In this document: positions 21,601 through 31,138 of the stretch, one piece after another | Numbering within the stretch: the stretch's first letter is position 1 | How the letters are laid out: each line of letters starts with the position of its first letter | Origin: Paraphysomonas bandaiensis | Lineage: Eukaryota > Protista > Chrysophyceae | Direction of reading: 5' to 3' | Assembly (NCBI GenBank): GCA_965644295.1 | Contig: CBFFRP010000094.1 | Location: 62,001-126,000, forward strand | Length of the DNA: 64,000 nt | Program-made: the position numbers and the translations under genes | The notes under the pieces: generated by a model | Databases searched by the model: none | What the model was told of the DNA's origin: nothing | What the model saw: only the letters and a program-made list of their open reading frames with translations

Positions 21601-24237
21601 AGCACGATGGAATCTTTCTCTACGAGCGATTTCTTCGGGGGGAAGGATACGCCTGTTATCGCTATCACTCAAGTGGCGCGACGACTTAAGCTTCGGGTTA
21701 TAGCCAAGTTGCTCATGTACAAAATCTTCCGGTTGTATGGGCCCAATGTTAATCTTACGTAGTGCAGAAGTAAGATTCGTGATCGTCATCGTTCCATCTC
21801 CATATCCACACACTGCCCGTACGATAAGATTTTTAGGGAAATTATGTTTAGGGGCTGCGAAATCAGATGTGACTTCCGAACCACGAGATGACTCTTCAGC
21901 ACTTTTCGCTTCAGTAGGACACGAATTCACAGTGCTGCATTCATCTTCATCACAGTCATCCTCGTCGTATTCCTCGAAATGAATTACCATACGCTTAACT
22001 TCAGCGGTGCGTCTGAGAAAGAGCTGCGCTTTATGGCGCTGGAATGGTTTCGCACGTGCTCCACTTTCTCCGCCCTCATCGTCGCTGTCTTCATGTTCGC
22101 CATTCTCTTCATAGTCTTCTTCTTCTTCAATGTTATCAGATAAATGAGTTTCCAAACGCCACAACTCCATGCGTTGATTGGACGCCAAGGTCTCGAGAGA
22201 TATCACAGAAAAGTGTTTCGAATTATCGACCACAAGTAGAAGTGGGTAACTGCCAATGAAATCTATCCTTCCGATTTCAGAGTTGTTTCCACTGGCGTTA
22301 GGAATAATATACATAGGTGTCATGTAAGTATAGTCCCATAAAATCAGAAGGCCCATACAGTCCACAGTAACAACAAGACCCAGGGCATAAGAATACGCCA
22401 TGCACAGGATATCACTGCAGACACTTCCCCGTGGTATGCGCATCTCTCTGAGAACATAGTCAGGGGAAGTGTGATCTGCATTGTCATCCAATATATATAT
22501 GTCTGAGTTCTCAGCGAGAACCAAGACATTTTTGTCTGGTGAGTATATGATAGACTTTATAGGGCTAATAAAAGGTGGATACGTCTTTAATGTCACACCA
22601 TTAAGGCAATTCATATACCGTATTACCCCATTGGAGTCGCCGAGTATCATGCGTCTACCTCTGTCATCTAGAATGCCACATGTCACTCTTGCATGTTGGC
22701 CAACCAGCTTATTTATTGATTTGTACTGATATGCGTTGGCAGCACTCCAGAATATAATATCGTGAGTGTGAATGGTGTATACTGAGAGCAGGTCATGGCT
22801 ATATAGGGTGCACACTGGAGCAGACTCCTGTATACTGCAGTCCCGCAGCTTGAACACGTGTTGCCTACGCCCTCCACCAAGAAATATAGCACCATGTAGT
22901 GCATTAAAGTTATATGGTAGGTTTGTTAGCATATCAAATGTGCGCAGTCGGTCTTCTGGAGCGTCGTAGCTGTCAATCTGCCTACTCGTAGGGGTCGCAC
23001 CGGGGGTGTTTTTGGATATGTCCCACCACCTCACTGTGCCCCGCTCATCTAGAGTGGCACATCTCTCCAAACTCTCCGATGCTACTATTCGAGTAACACA
23101 CGACGAGTGCCCATGAAGGTAAAATAGTGGTCTATTGATAGCGGCCTCCAGGTCCCATACTATCACAGAGTAATCATAACCTCCGGCCAACAAGAAGCTT
23201 TTCCCACCAAAGGCAAGACACTCCACACCGGCTGAATGACCCGTCCTTACAGACACATAATCTAGTGATGCGAGATCCCACAGTACCACCGTTTTGTCCA
23301 GAGAGGCAGAAACGAGGAACTTGGCGACATCTGTGTCGACGGCGAGAATATCGCGCACATAATCCGTGTGTCGAGTTAACTCCTGGTGATCTGTCAATTC
23401 TGCATGACCATTGTTCCCTATTGGGACAAACAACCAGTGGTGGATCTTATTGCTGGTGCCAATTGCAAATAATCGAGTAGGACGGTTGTGCGCGCTCCGC
23501 CAGCATATTTTATGGCAAGGATAGGACAACGCAGTCTTTCCGATATGGTCAATTGTCTCCACTGAATAGTTGGACCGAGAAAGAAACTTAAAGAACTCAA
23601 CTTGCATATCACTACGAAGGACTGCTAATATGTCTCCTGCATCAAGGTATGCCATATGTAATACAGACATCATCTTTTCCCCAGGCAAATACTGGCTCAG
23701 AGGACGTTCCGAACCCACCAAGTGAAGAGTATAGCACAGGGAAGTAAAAGACGGCGCACACTTTTCGTCTGGCGAGTACAACTGAATGTCATGACCCACT
23801 CCCATTAAATACTTTCCGAGAGCAGGAACAGTCATGGAGCTGACGACAGGATTCCGTACAGCAGCAGACTGGACCTGTCGAGTAAGAATGTGAGTGTATT
23901 CCTCATTCTTCTTTCGCTCTTCCTCCTGCACCACACAATCGAGAATAAACATCACAAACTCCTCCCATTCCATATATCCATCTCCATTGATATCAACAAG
24001 ATGAAAGAAGTCGATCAAGTCTGCCACCATAAGCATCATATCGTTGAAGTCCAGCAGCTCCATGTTGCTGATAACCGCAACGAGAAAATCCGGTAAGCAT
24101 AATCCGTTCGGGTTCTCTTGAAATCTTGATCGAAGAGTCGACAGATTGTCTGTCGGTATCTTCATCATGATAGCGGACGACACCGAGGCGAATGACTCAT
24201 ACTTCTGAGTCTTGGCTTCGTCCTGTTGTGCAGCCAT
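18622..24237 (-). CDS. EF-hand/WD40-repeat protein (WDR49/EFCAB8/WDR64-like architecture); 1871 aa, single exon
   Basis: N-terminal EF-hand DINGDGYMEWEEF. WD repeats (HTDYVRD...SASLDKTVVLWD, GHSAGV...GGYDYSVIVWD, HTGPLV...TASEDCSIQMWN). C-terminal EF-hand pair DVDNSGTVDRNE and DADHNDELDFDEF. Confidence 0.85.
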   Translation of the reverse strand: MAAQQDEAKTQKYESFASVSSAIMMKIPTDNLSTLRSRFQENPNGLCLPDFLVAVISNMELLDFNDMMLMVADLIDFFHLVDINGDGYMEWEEFVMFILDCVVQEEERKKNEEYTHILTRQVQSAAVRNPVVSSMTVPALGKYLMGVGHDIQLYSPDEKCAPSFTSLCYTLHLVGSERPLSQYLPGEKMMSVLHMAYLDAGDILAVLRSDMQVEFFKFLSRSNYSVETIDHIGKTALSYPCHKICWRSAHNRPTRLFAIGTSNKIHHWLFVPIGNNGHAELTDHQELTRHTDYVRDILAVDTDVAKFLVSASLDKTVVLWDLASLDYVSVRTGHSAGVECLAFGGKSFLLAGGYDYSVIVWDLEAAINRPLFYLHGHSSCVTRIVASESLERCATLDERGTVRWWDISKNTPGATPTSRQIDSYDAPEDRLRTFDMLTNLPYNFNALHGAIFLGGGRRQHVFKLRDCSIQESAPVCTLYSHDLLSVYTIHTHDIIFWSAANAYQYKSINKLVGQHARVTCGILDDRGRRMILGDSNGVIRYMNCLNGVTLKTYPPFISPIKSIIYSPDKNVLVLAENSDIYILDDNADHTSPDYVLREMRIPRGSVCSDILCMAYSYALGLVVTVDCMGLLILWDYTYMTPMYIIPNASGNNSEIGRIDFIGSYPLLLVVDNSKHFSVISLETLASNQRMELWRLETHLSDNIEEEEDYEENGEHEDSDDEGGESGARAKPFQRHKAQLFLRRTAEVKRMVIHFEEYDEDDCDEDECSTVNSCPTEAKSAEESSRGSEVTSDFAAPKHNFPKNLIVRAVCGYGDGTMTITNLTSALRKINIGPIQPEDFVHEQLGYNPKLKSSRHLSDSDNRRILPPEEIARRERFHRATLEVVWRPHTGPLVSLSIVGEHDWILTASEDCSIQMWNIDARFCGLLTRGSAMDKLFRKAWRNPEDMQLRRMRRIAIAQRWVSDLNLDQVVTERRNSTDVVSAHSLQLKTVKEVKPPRPRTTLTDARDLEKLLKEEDPFGELSQSGSLMSEQMQQSMKKIKGFPDRTRVLCQLSGQMTYDPSKKDIARMQLQHSSTLPAIKNSSGRGKKLKRRRKKRSKVRMPSLTSSVENAEDRKYLETIKIADACLQKSSQQQSQKPISTEVGNWHYRSEMAAIEAQDPANWDITSDNRLRSMYENLHREIEKRGVVFDQSKIIESKIRHLCPDGKMEEYLEYLRNSQATRIAARRKRKRKGKDQAVASSAQVDIYQYQDGEVVAVSQQHITQSRSEEAILAASRVGVMEDDDVVANDDDFAGEDISDLTSVKDAASCDGRNDENTTPKIQTDPKPQAIKSAMKSKSGTIVTPSASREVDFAVAPDNEFPRADVKHDGEPDVTPSLDEEVRVSRVVTSYSNSPSRQMVTPSTSLDANMADAPPEQSPEQRGIENLSRSLSRVVMPQSLSHEATNPGSSRIPFSRSPSRQQSKTFNPTSPLNRELSKSRSTPFIRLNSQMSCGPDGAIETRAEAARRHTQELLEEFDRRMEKSETEFRKADRNRKRNSKRASARALRNAQKSIGNQATSLTVPKKDTFEEMLLLGQQQQRAESNWVRKVRQSLVGDKVDFDIMGISTKEKNEDKCVARKQTSVRLFQSHTTLNERTAEDKLRARQSFGPYKAAELLQFFEVFKSLPKRDLTGTDIVLTASTASRVEELKESPDGTTGCVALHDLLRHKYVRTRPHFKISLEKNLVSNKGGGIMHSTLFITLQRALMQMCPLMTATERKDCVKYFGLPRDETSADKVVVYSAREIKQLRQIFDYFDVDNSGTVDRNEIKNAINRDQIAAVTGSDNLRGSDYVIETGVDDDTIASMVDEGDADHNDELDFDEFVTLFGDTFRS

Positions 24238-24710
24238 CCTCGTTTATCACATCCTCAAACACACACACGCATCAGTAAATGTAATGACAGCGAATCCGAT
24301 CAGACACTATCACAATGTGAGTATGTTTAAGGGCCCGTTAGTGGTGCGTTCATCAAGCGCTGAGCATCCTCAGCGTGCGTGTAGATGCAGCAGACCTGCA
24401 GCAGTTATAACTACAGCATACACAATACACACGTATACCGTATACCGTATACCGTATACCGGGATACTGCTGTACAATGACGGTATACTGTACTACAGTC
24501 GTTTAAAAAAAACGATCCATGTATTCGTGCCGTATACCGGTATACCGTATAAACACATTCTGGCCAATCACATTCGTGGATGTGTTCTGCACGCAGGAAT
24601 TGTTCAGTGTGCGTGTGGGGGACTGACTGAAGATTGCAGATATGCATGTCAAGCCCAGAATACACACACACACAGTCCTCTCCGGTCCGATAATATACTT
24701 ATTTGAGACT
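24238..24710. promoter_or_regulatory. Putative bidirectional promoter with a (CGTATAC)4 array
   Basis: 473-bp spacer between divergent ATGs. Tandem CGTATAC x4 at 24432-24459 and further copies at ~24530-24551. Related TATACGGTATA words occur in other gene-upstream regions. Confidence 0.55.
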
Positions 24711-26021
24711 ATGAGTTCCGCTAGAAGCACAGAATGTGTTGATTTAGTTTGTTCCAGCCCCGGCACTAGGCGGCATGTGAAGATTCACACGTGGGGTCGA
24801 CCAGGGGCATACAGAGTGTACATTCAGGCTTCCCTTCACGCAGTACGCACACTACTTTCTGTCGTTGTGCATCTGATGTGTTTCTGTAGGATGAGATACC
24901 TGGACTCCTTGTAGCGAACCACCTCATGAAGCTGCTGGATGATGCAAACCTGCGGAAGGAGATTGTTGGCGAGGTTGTTATTGTCCCGTTTGCAAATCCT
25001 ATTGGTCTATCACAGCAACTGAACGGGCATCACTTGGGGAGATTTTGCTTCGAAACGGGACAGAACTTCAATCGTGACTGGATCGACTGTACCGACACTG
25101 TCGCAGAGGCTGTTACTGGAAAACTAACGGCTGATGCCGCTGAAAACATCAAAATGATCCGACAGGCAATATATGACTGTGTATCTCAAAAAGAAGCTCT
25201 TGAGGAGGATGTATATTTGAAGAAATTATTGTTAGAGAGAGCATGCGTCTCAGATGTGTGTCTGGATCTCCATTGTGACGGTGATGCCGTGCTTCATATG
25301 TACACCCACGATAGATTATGGCCGCAGCTTGCTGACCTAAGTCAGGAAATTGGCACCGAGTGTCAAATTGTGGACTCTGACTCAGGGGGTAACTGCTTCG
25401 ATGAAGCATGTATGAACATATGGGCCCGTCTAGCAGACAAGTTCCCGACTTTCCCAATACCGATGGGATGTGAAGCCTCTACAGTGGAGCTAAGAGGACA
25501 GGATTTGGTAAGCTACCGCACTAGCAACGTATATGTATAAGTATTGTAGTATGTGTCAATAAAAGTCATATGACGAAAATTCTCGTTTTTACAAATTATA
25601 GGTGTATGATGACATCGCCCGCACCGATGCCTTAGCTTTGTATCGATTTTTACAGCGCCGCGGAGTGGTCTTGTGCTCTCCCTATTCACCTCCGTACACT
25701 TACTTCTCTACGCCACCCGCTCTTGAAATTACAGTTCGTTCCCCCTCGCCCCTCACCGCAGTTGATATGGTGAAGTCTCCTTGTGCTGGGGTAGTAGCTT
25801 GGTTGGTACGGCCTGGTGCAGAAGTCGTTGAAGGCCAAGTACTTGGAGAAATAGTAAACGTGGATGACGTAGATGCACCCAGAGTGGCGGTAGTTAGCCG
25901 GACGACTGGGATCGTGTTCGGTATGAGGAACCACAAACTGGTTCGCCCCGGTCAGATTATAATAAAAGTGGCTGGTACAGTTCCCCTTCCCTGGCGATCC
26001 GGGAAATTGCTAACGTCATAG
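24711..26021 (+). CDS. Succinylglutamate desuccinylase/aspartoacylase family (M14-like zinc hydrolase); 3 exons
   Basis: VYIQASLHA|DEIPG (HxxE split by an intron), VPFANPIG, NFNRD, LDLHCD, TVELRG, and a C-terminal barrel-sandwich segment (VKSPCAGVV...PGAEVVEGQVLGEI). Confidence 0.9.
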
Positions 26022-27109
26022 TACTGTAGGTGATGTAGCCGATTGTGATATTTAATAGCTCCTTCAAGTTAAGAACTATAGCTGTTGTCAGGTTGTACTG
26101 TTCTGACTATGCTGTAAATACATTTAGACAAACCAAGTACAATTTCATATTTACATTGCTATCGTAGTCCCTAAAAACGAAGAGAGGGTAAAAATTGCAC
26201 ATTTTCCCCTTTCCTCGTTTTTTCCACAAACTTTTCGAAGAAGGTAGATATAATTTCATTCCGTTGATGGTAGTATTAAACACCGCAAATATTTGATGTT
26301 CCTACTGTGGTATAAGTATATTACCCATCATATGGAGTCGTATTTTAAAGTCACTGGTCGTAAATATTCGAGGTCGGGTAATTTAAGAATTAAAATTTCT
26401 CTTGATGAACACAATCGTCTGCACTTTTTTCACCGCTATTTTACAGTTCATATGTAGGAAATATTGCTACAAATTATAATATTTTAAACGAAATAAAATT
26501 TTGTGCTTCAGTACATGCTTCAACTTCATTTTAAAGCAAAGGACGGTGTAATGGACCCATTAGTTTCCGGTGGTAGCTGCTTCCTTCGCTTTTAATATTT
26601 CGGTGATTGTTATTGATTTTTCTTCTTTGTTAGCTTACTTACATCACAAGTACTAGTTCACAGGTTTGCGTAACGTATAATTAGCAATTAATTAGTGACA
26701 GGTATTAAACAATAGTAATTGCTACCAAATCCTGCTAGTTCACATGTTGTATTCTTTGGTATATTCTGAAGTTTTCCAAGTTCCTTTTGGCGACCTACTT
26801 TAGTTCCATAATATTAGTTAATATCACATATTGCGCTAAGTTCTTGCACTGAAGCCTATTTATAGCGTTCCTCATTCCTATAGAAAAGATAAAATACATT
26901 TCATGTATAATGTATAATTTATTTAAAGCAGTATGTTTTTGTTCTTGAGGCTCGTATTATGCAGAACAGAACTACATTACACTGAAAATACTTATATTGA
27001 AAGTCTTTTTATTTAGCAATAGGCGTTAGAAACCTGCATGTAGTGGCTAGTTGAATGCTAGACATACTATTTAGACCTCTATCCATAACTAAGCAGCACA
27101 AATTCTATT

Positions 27110-27155
27110 ATCCTACTATTTAGCGCTACAGAAGCTGCTTGTGCGTCGCCGCAAG
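27110..27155. repeat. ~47-bp dispersed repeat, copy 2
   Basis: Matches 13908-13954 at 34 of the first 38 positions. It marks the start of a GC-richer block (27120-27420). Confidence 0.7.
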
Positions 27156-28512
27156 CACCAAGGTGCATCCCACTTCCGTTCTTAAGGTTGATTGAGAGTT
27201 TCGCCCTGATCGTGTGTCCTAGGACTCACTGGTGCGTGTTGTCAGGGGGTCTCCCCTTGGGATGAGATTCCACAAGGCTCTAAGGTACAGGGTTCTGTAT
27301 TAAGGTCTTGAGTGTACCGAGTGCTAGATGTGTGTGCTGAGAGGTGGGTGGTGTGGTGGAATGTGGCGTTGTGTTTGGGCGTCAGGCATAGGTGGAGTTG
27401 CCGTAGACGGCATCGTTGTCACTGAAAATGCTTTATATCATGTATAAAGTATTTTAGTGTGTTTCTTTTGTATTGTACAGACCAAAACGACATCATGGCA
27501 GGTTTTGTTTCTTTAGTCAACAATCATTATACTGTCTTCAAGATATATTTAATCATATAAGCGTTATCATTCTAACGTCATCAATCATTACCTAATAATA
27601 TATCAACTCTTAACGATGTGGCGATCGGCGTCGATGATACACACTTCAAACTACACGGTACAGCAAACACTGTATATAATGGCAAAGCAAAAATTCCTAA
27701 TCTTAATATGTTATCACAGCATATCTACACTACTCAGTCCATTAAACGGCATTATATACACTCATTGAGGCTGAATTCACTGCATAATGGGAAAACTATA
27801 CCCGTAGGTGGAAGAAGTGTAGGACTATGGATGTCCATACTAGCTCGTCGAATAAATGCGCATAATTGCAAAATAAGAGGTGAAAGTCAAATATCAAGAA
27901 AGTTCATGATTCAGTAAACTGGAGGGTGTGTGGGGCCATTTTGTGCAACAAGAAGGCGCAATACGGAACATCCCCCTACTATGGCCTGCTTATATTTATA
28001 AGCAGAAGTGGAATTCAAATCTCGTCTTATTTAAGCAACTGATCTCTTATATACGTGTCACAGTGAACTCAGGAGCGAAGAATGATTGCAATCTATGAAG
28101 TAAACCTCCGCCAAAACATATGGAAGCTGAATTCCACTCTATTATGATAAGTGAGAGATATTCAGCGTACACTCGAGGGACAATGAAACGACACCATACA
28201 TATCTCTACATATTAGCAGCACAACACACTCATCACTATCACTGTCATCACAATGAACATACTGTGTATCGACAGAAACTCATTCTCTCATATGTAGCGG
28301 TATATATGCCACAAATGCAGCAGTACTGCACACTTCACTTCACTTCACTGATATGAATGGACTGGATATGACAAGACGATCATGTTCATGATAACTGCTC
28401 TGATAGGAATCTAACGGACTCCTACCACACAAGTCCAGAAAAATGAATTCTGTTTTTTTGTATGGGAGTGTGTGTAGGAGGGGGTTGAAGTGGAGATATT
28501 CTGGTCTGCAGA

Positions 28513-28552
28513 ATTCAGCGTTTATGTACGTGATTCAGCGTTAATGTACGTC
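28513..28552. repeat. Tandem duplication of a 20-bp unit
   Basis: ATTCAGCGTTTATGTACGTG followed by ATTCAGCGTTAATGTACGTC. Confidence 0.8.
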
Positions 28553-31138
28553 CCTCTTAACGACCATATCGAGCGTATGGCTGCATAAAAGTACTTATAT
28601 ATATATAGTCTTGTAGAGGACTCTTATTACTACTATGTGCCTTACTGACAATATCTACCGTGTGTAATCAGGTCAGTATTCCCAGTGAATAAGCGAACGT
28701 CATGAAATAACAAATATGTTCCAGTGGCCACCATAAGGCGCGATGACAATACCTAAGAACTGTTTAAGTATCGATATTAGGCAGTCTAATATGCCCTACC
28801 TCTCATTGGGTGGCTTCATACTCCACTACGGTTGCCACAAAGGTGTCTGGTATTACACTTACCAGGGTCAGTCAGAGCAGTGTAAATTGATTGATGATAA
28901 TTAGAATTGTTGTAGTTTCATAGAGATGTGCACAAACCGGTGATGTGGGAGTGCTTAATTCCTGTCAGTTGTTGTTTTTGCGATCCGAGCCAGGAAATGC
29001 ATTGACTGTGGCCACTGCCTTCGAATTGATTGGCAATCGAAGCAAGCCTTTGTAGTGCTACAGTTGAGAGACGTGTTGATGCGTATGCCGAACGGCAATG
29101 TCAGTGATGCCGTCAAATTACTTTTTAATGTTTGCATGTGTTGAAACGTTAAATATCGGGATGTACCAAAACCTTCATAAGATCAATTAGAAGCATATAT
29201 ATCGAGAGGACAAAACAAGAGTTATTATTGATAGTGATCCAAGTCAAGAACTATCCAGTATCAAGAATTATAGTCCAAAGCTTCATGGAATGTACAACTT
29301 GTGAAAGGTTTAAACTTGGCACAAAGGTGTACATGAATTTCTAAATGAGAAAGCAAAGAAATTAACTTCGATTAGTTTGGATATATATATTTTTAGTAAG
29401 CCAATCTTGCCTATGATTATTATTTCCGTAATTAAGTGTTTGAATCATCGCTTGGGGGTGTTGAAGTGCTGTCCGAGAAAGTTTCCGGTAGTTTTAATAT
29501 TCATAGATTTTGTAGTGCGTATGTATTGAGTTATATCCACACATTAAACTACAACCAACTCCATAATGGGGTAATAATATAATAAAAGCATACAGGGGTA
29601 CTGAGGGAAGGTTGTAAGGCAATGAGGTAGCATACATGGGTGCCTTGGCTAGTGGCTATACCTAGGCAGTACGCAGAATTAGGAGAGAGGAGTGCATAAT
29701 ATTCAATTGTTATAATATATATATATATACATTTTCAAGATTATAAAAGCATTGTAGACATAGAATAGAGTGTACTTTGTAGCTTTGGTTTCCTCTGGGG
29801 GCGATATGGGGGCTGATGGGGTGGTGCATGTAAGTGCTTGTGATTGGGGTATAATGTACAATTAGTAGTTGGTGTGAAAAGAGTTTCCATACGTGTCAAC
29901 ATGTGTATAAAGCCAAAATATAGCTAAACATACAATGTTCATATTGTATACAATGTACTTGTCATGTTTTTCATCATCTGGAGGTCACCTAACAGCCTCT
30001 GGTGGTTGACATATAGAGGAGAACTATATCTGTATTGGAATAGTAAATTACAAGCTTATTATTATTATATCTTGGGTTACCTGCTGTCACAGTATATATA
30101 CTTATGATTTATATGTTTTTACGATATCTATGAAGGTGCACTCGGCTCAAGGGCTCACTGTGATGAATACTGGTGATATGCATATTAAGGGTGTGAGCGT
30201 GTGTCAATGTGTTTCAACTCTGTACATATTTTCATACTCTCACTATAGAAAAGATAAAAGTTATACGCTCTATGAGTATAAATATATATAGACTCCGTAT
30301 ATTTAAGTCAACTTTTGGCCTTCTACTGCTCTTCTTCTTCATAATTACCAGATCGCCTGCTTGCTCAATAAGATGCTTAATAACGACTGGAATAACCCAC
30401 TTAATGATGCCACGAATAAACCTCGTCTTATCTTTGCTTTAAAGGGTTGTGACATTGCTGTCTTATGTCGATATTGTCTTGTATTTGTTGCTATCTTTTA
30501 ATGTGTCTATCACGTCTTTTATCTCTTCCACAGATAGAGCTCCATTATTGGGGTAAACCGTATGCAATAAATTACCTTTTTTACATCTACCCTTTTCTTA
30601 ATAGAATGCTGTATTTTTAGGGTAAAATAGTAAAAATAGTAAAAATGGGAGAAAAAAATAAATTGCCGCCATCCTTTAATCTGAGGGTGTGGGGAATAGT
30701 GAGTGGTGATGATGAGTGAGAACTTTTCTCGTTTTTCTGGACTTGTCTGGTAGGACGGACAGCAGCTGGAGGATACAGCAGGCTACAGGCACAGGCTACT
30801 ACTGTACGGTATACAGCAGAATACTGTGATTGTTCAACTGCTGTAGGAATAGAATACTGTCGGTGTATAAAGCGGACACAGAGCGAGCCATCAGAGATCC
30901 TCCTTCGCTGCTGTTGGACCCGCCCATACCAACCCAACTGTCACACTGTCATGATGTCATGGTTTCGTGTGCCTGTCGTGTCTCATGTCTCGTGTAGCTG
31001 TAGCAGAGGGTCATCCTCCTGTGCAGTTATGAATGCTATCAATATTCAATAACAACTCGAGCGTGAGATAACCAGTGGGCTCTTACAGACACAGACACTG
31101 TCACAGTGGCGGGTTTATTGTCCTCGTTGTCGTCTGAT

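Noticed and set aside
18682-24096. Numerous short ORFs antisense to or overlapping long genes, here and throughout the window
   Set aside because: Shadow ORFs with no motifs, explained by the real CDS on the other strand or frame.
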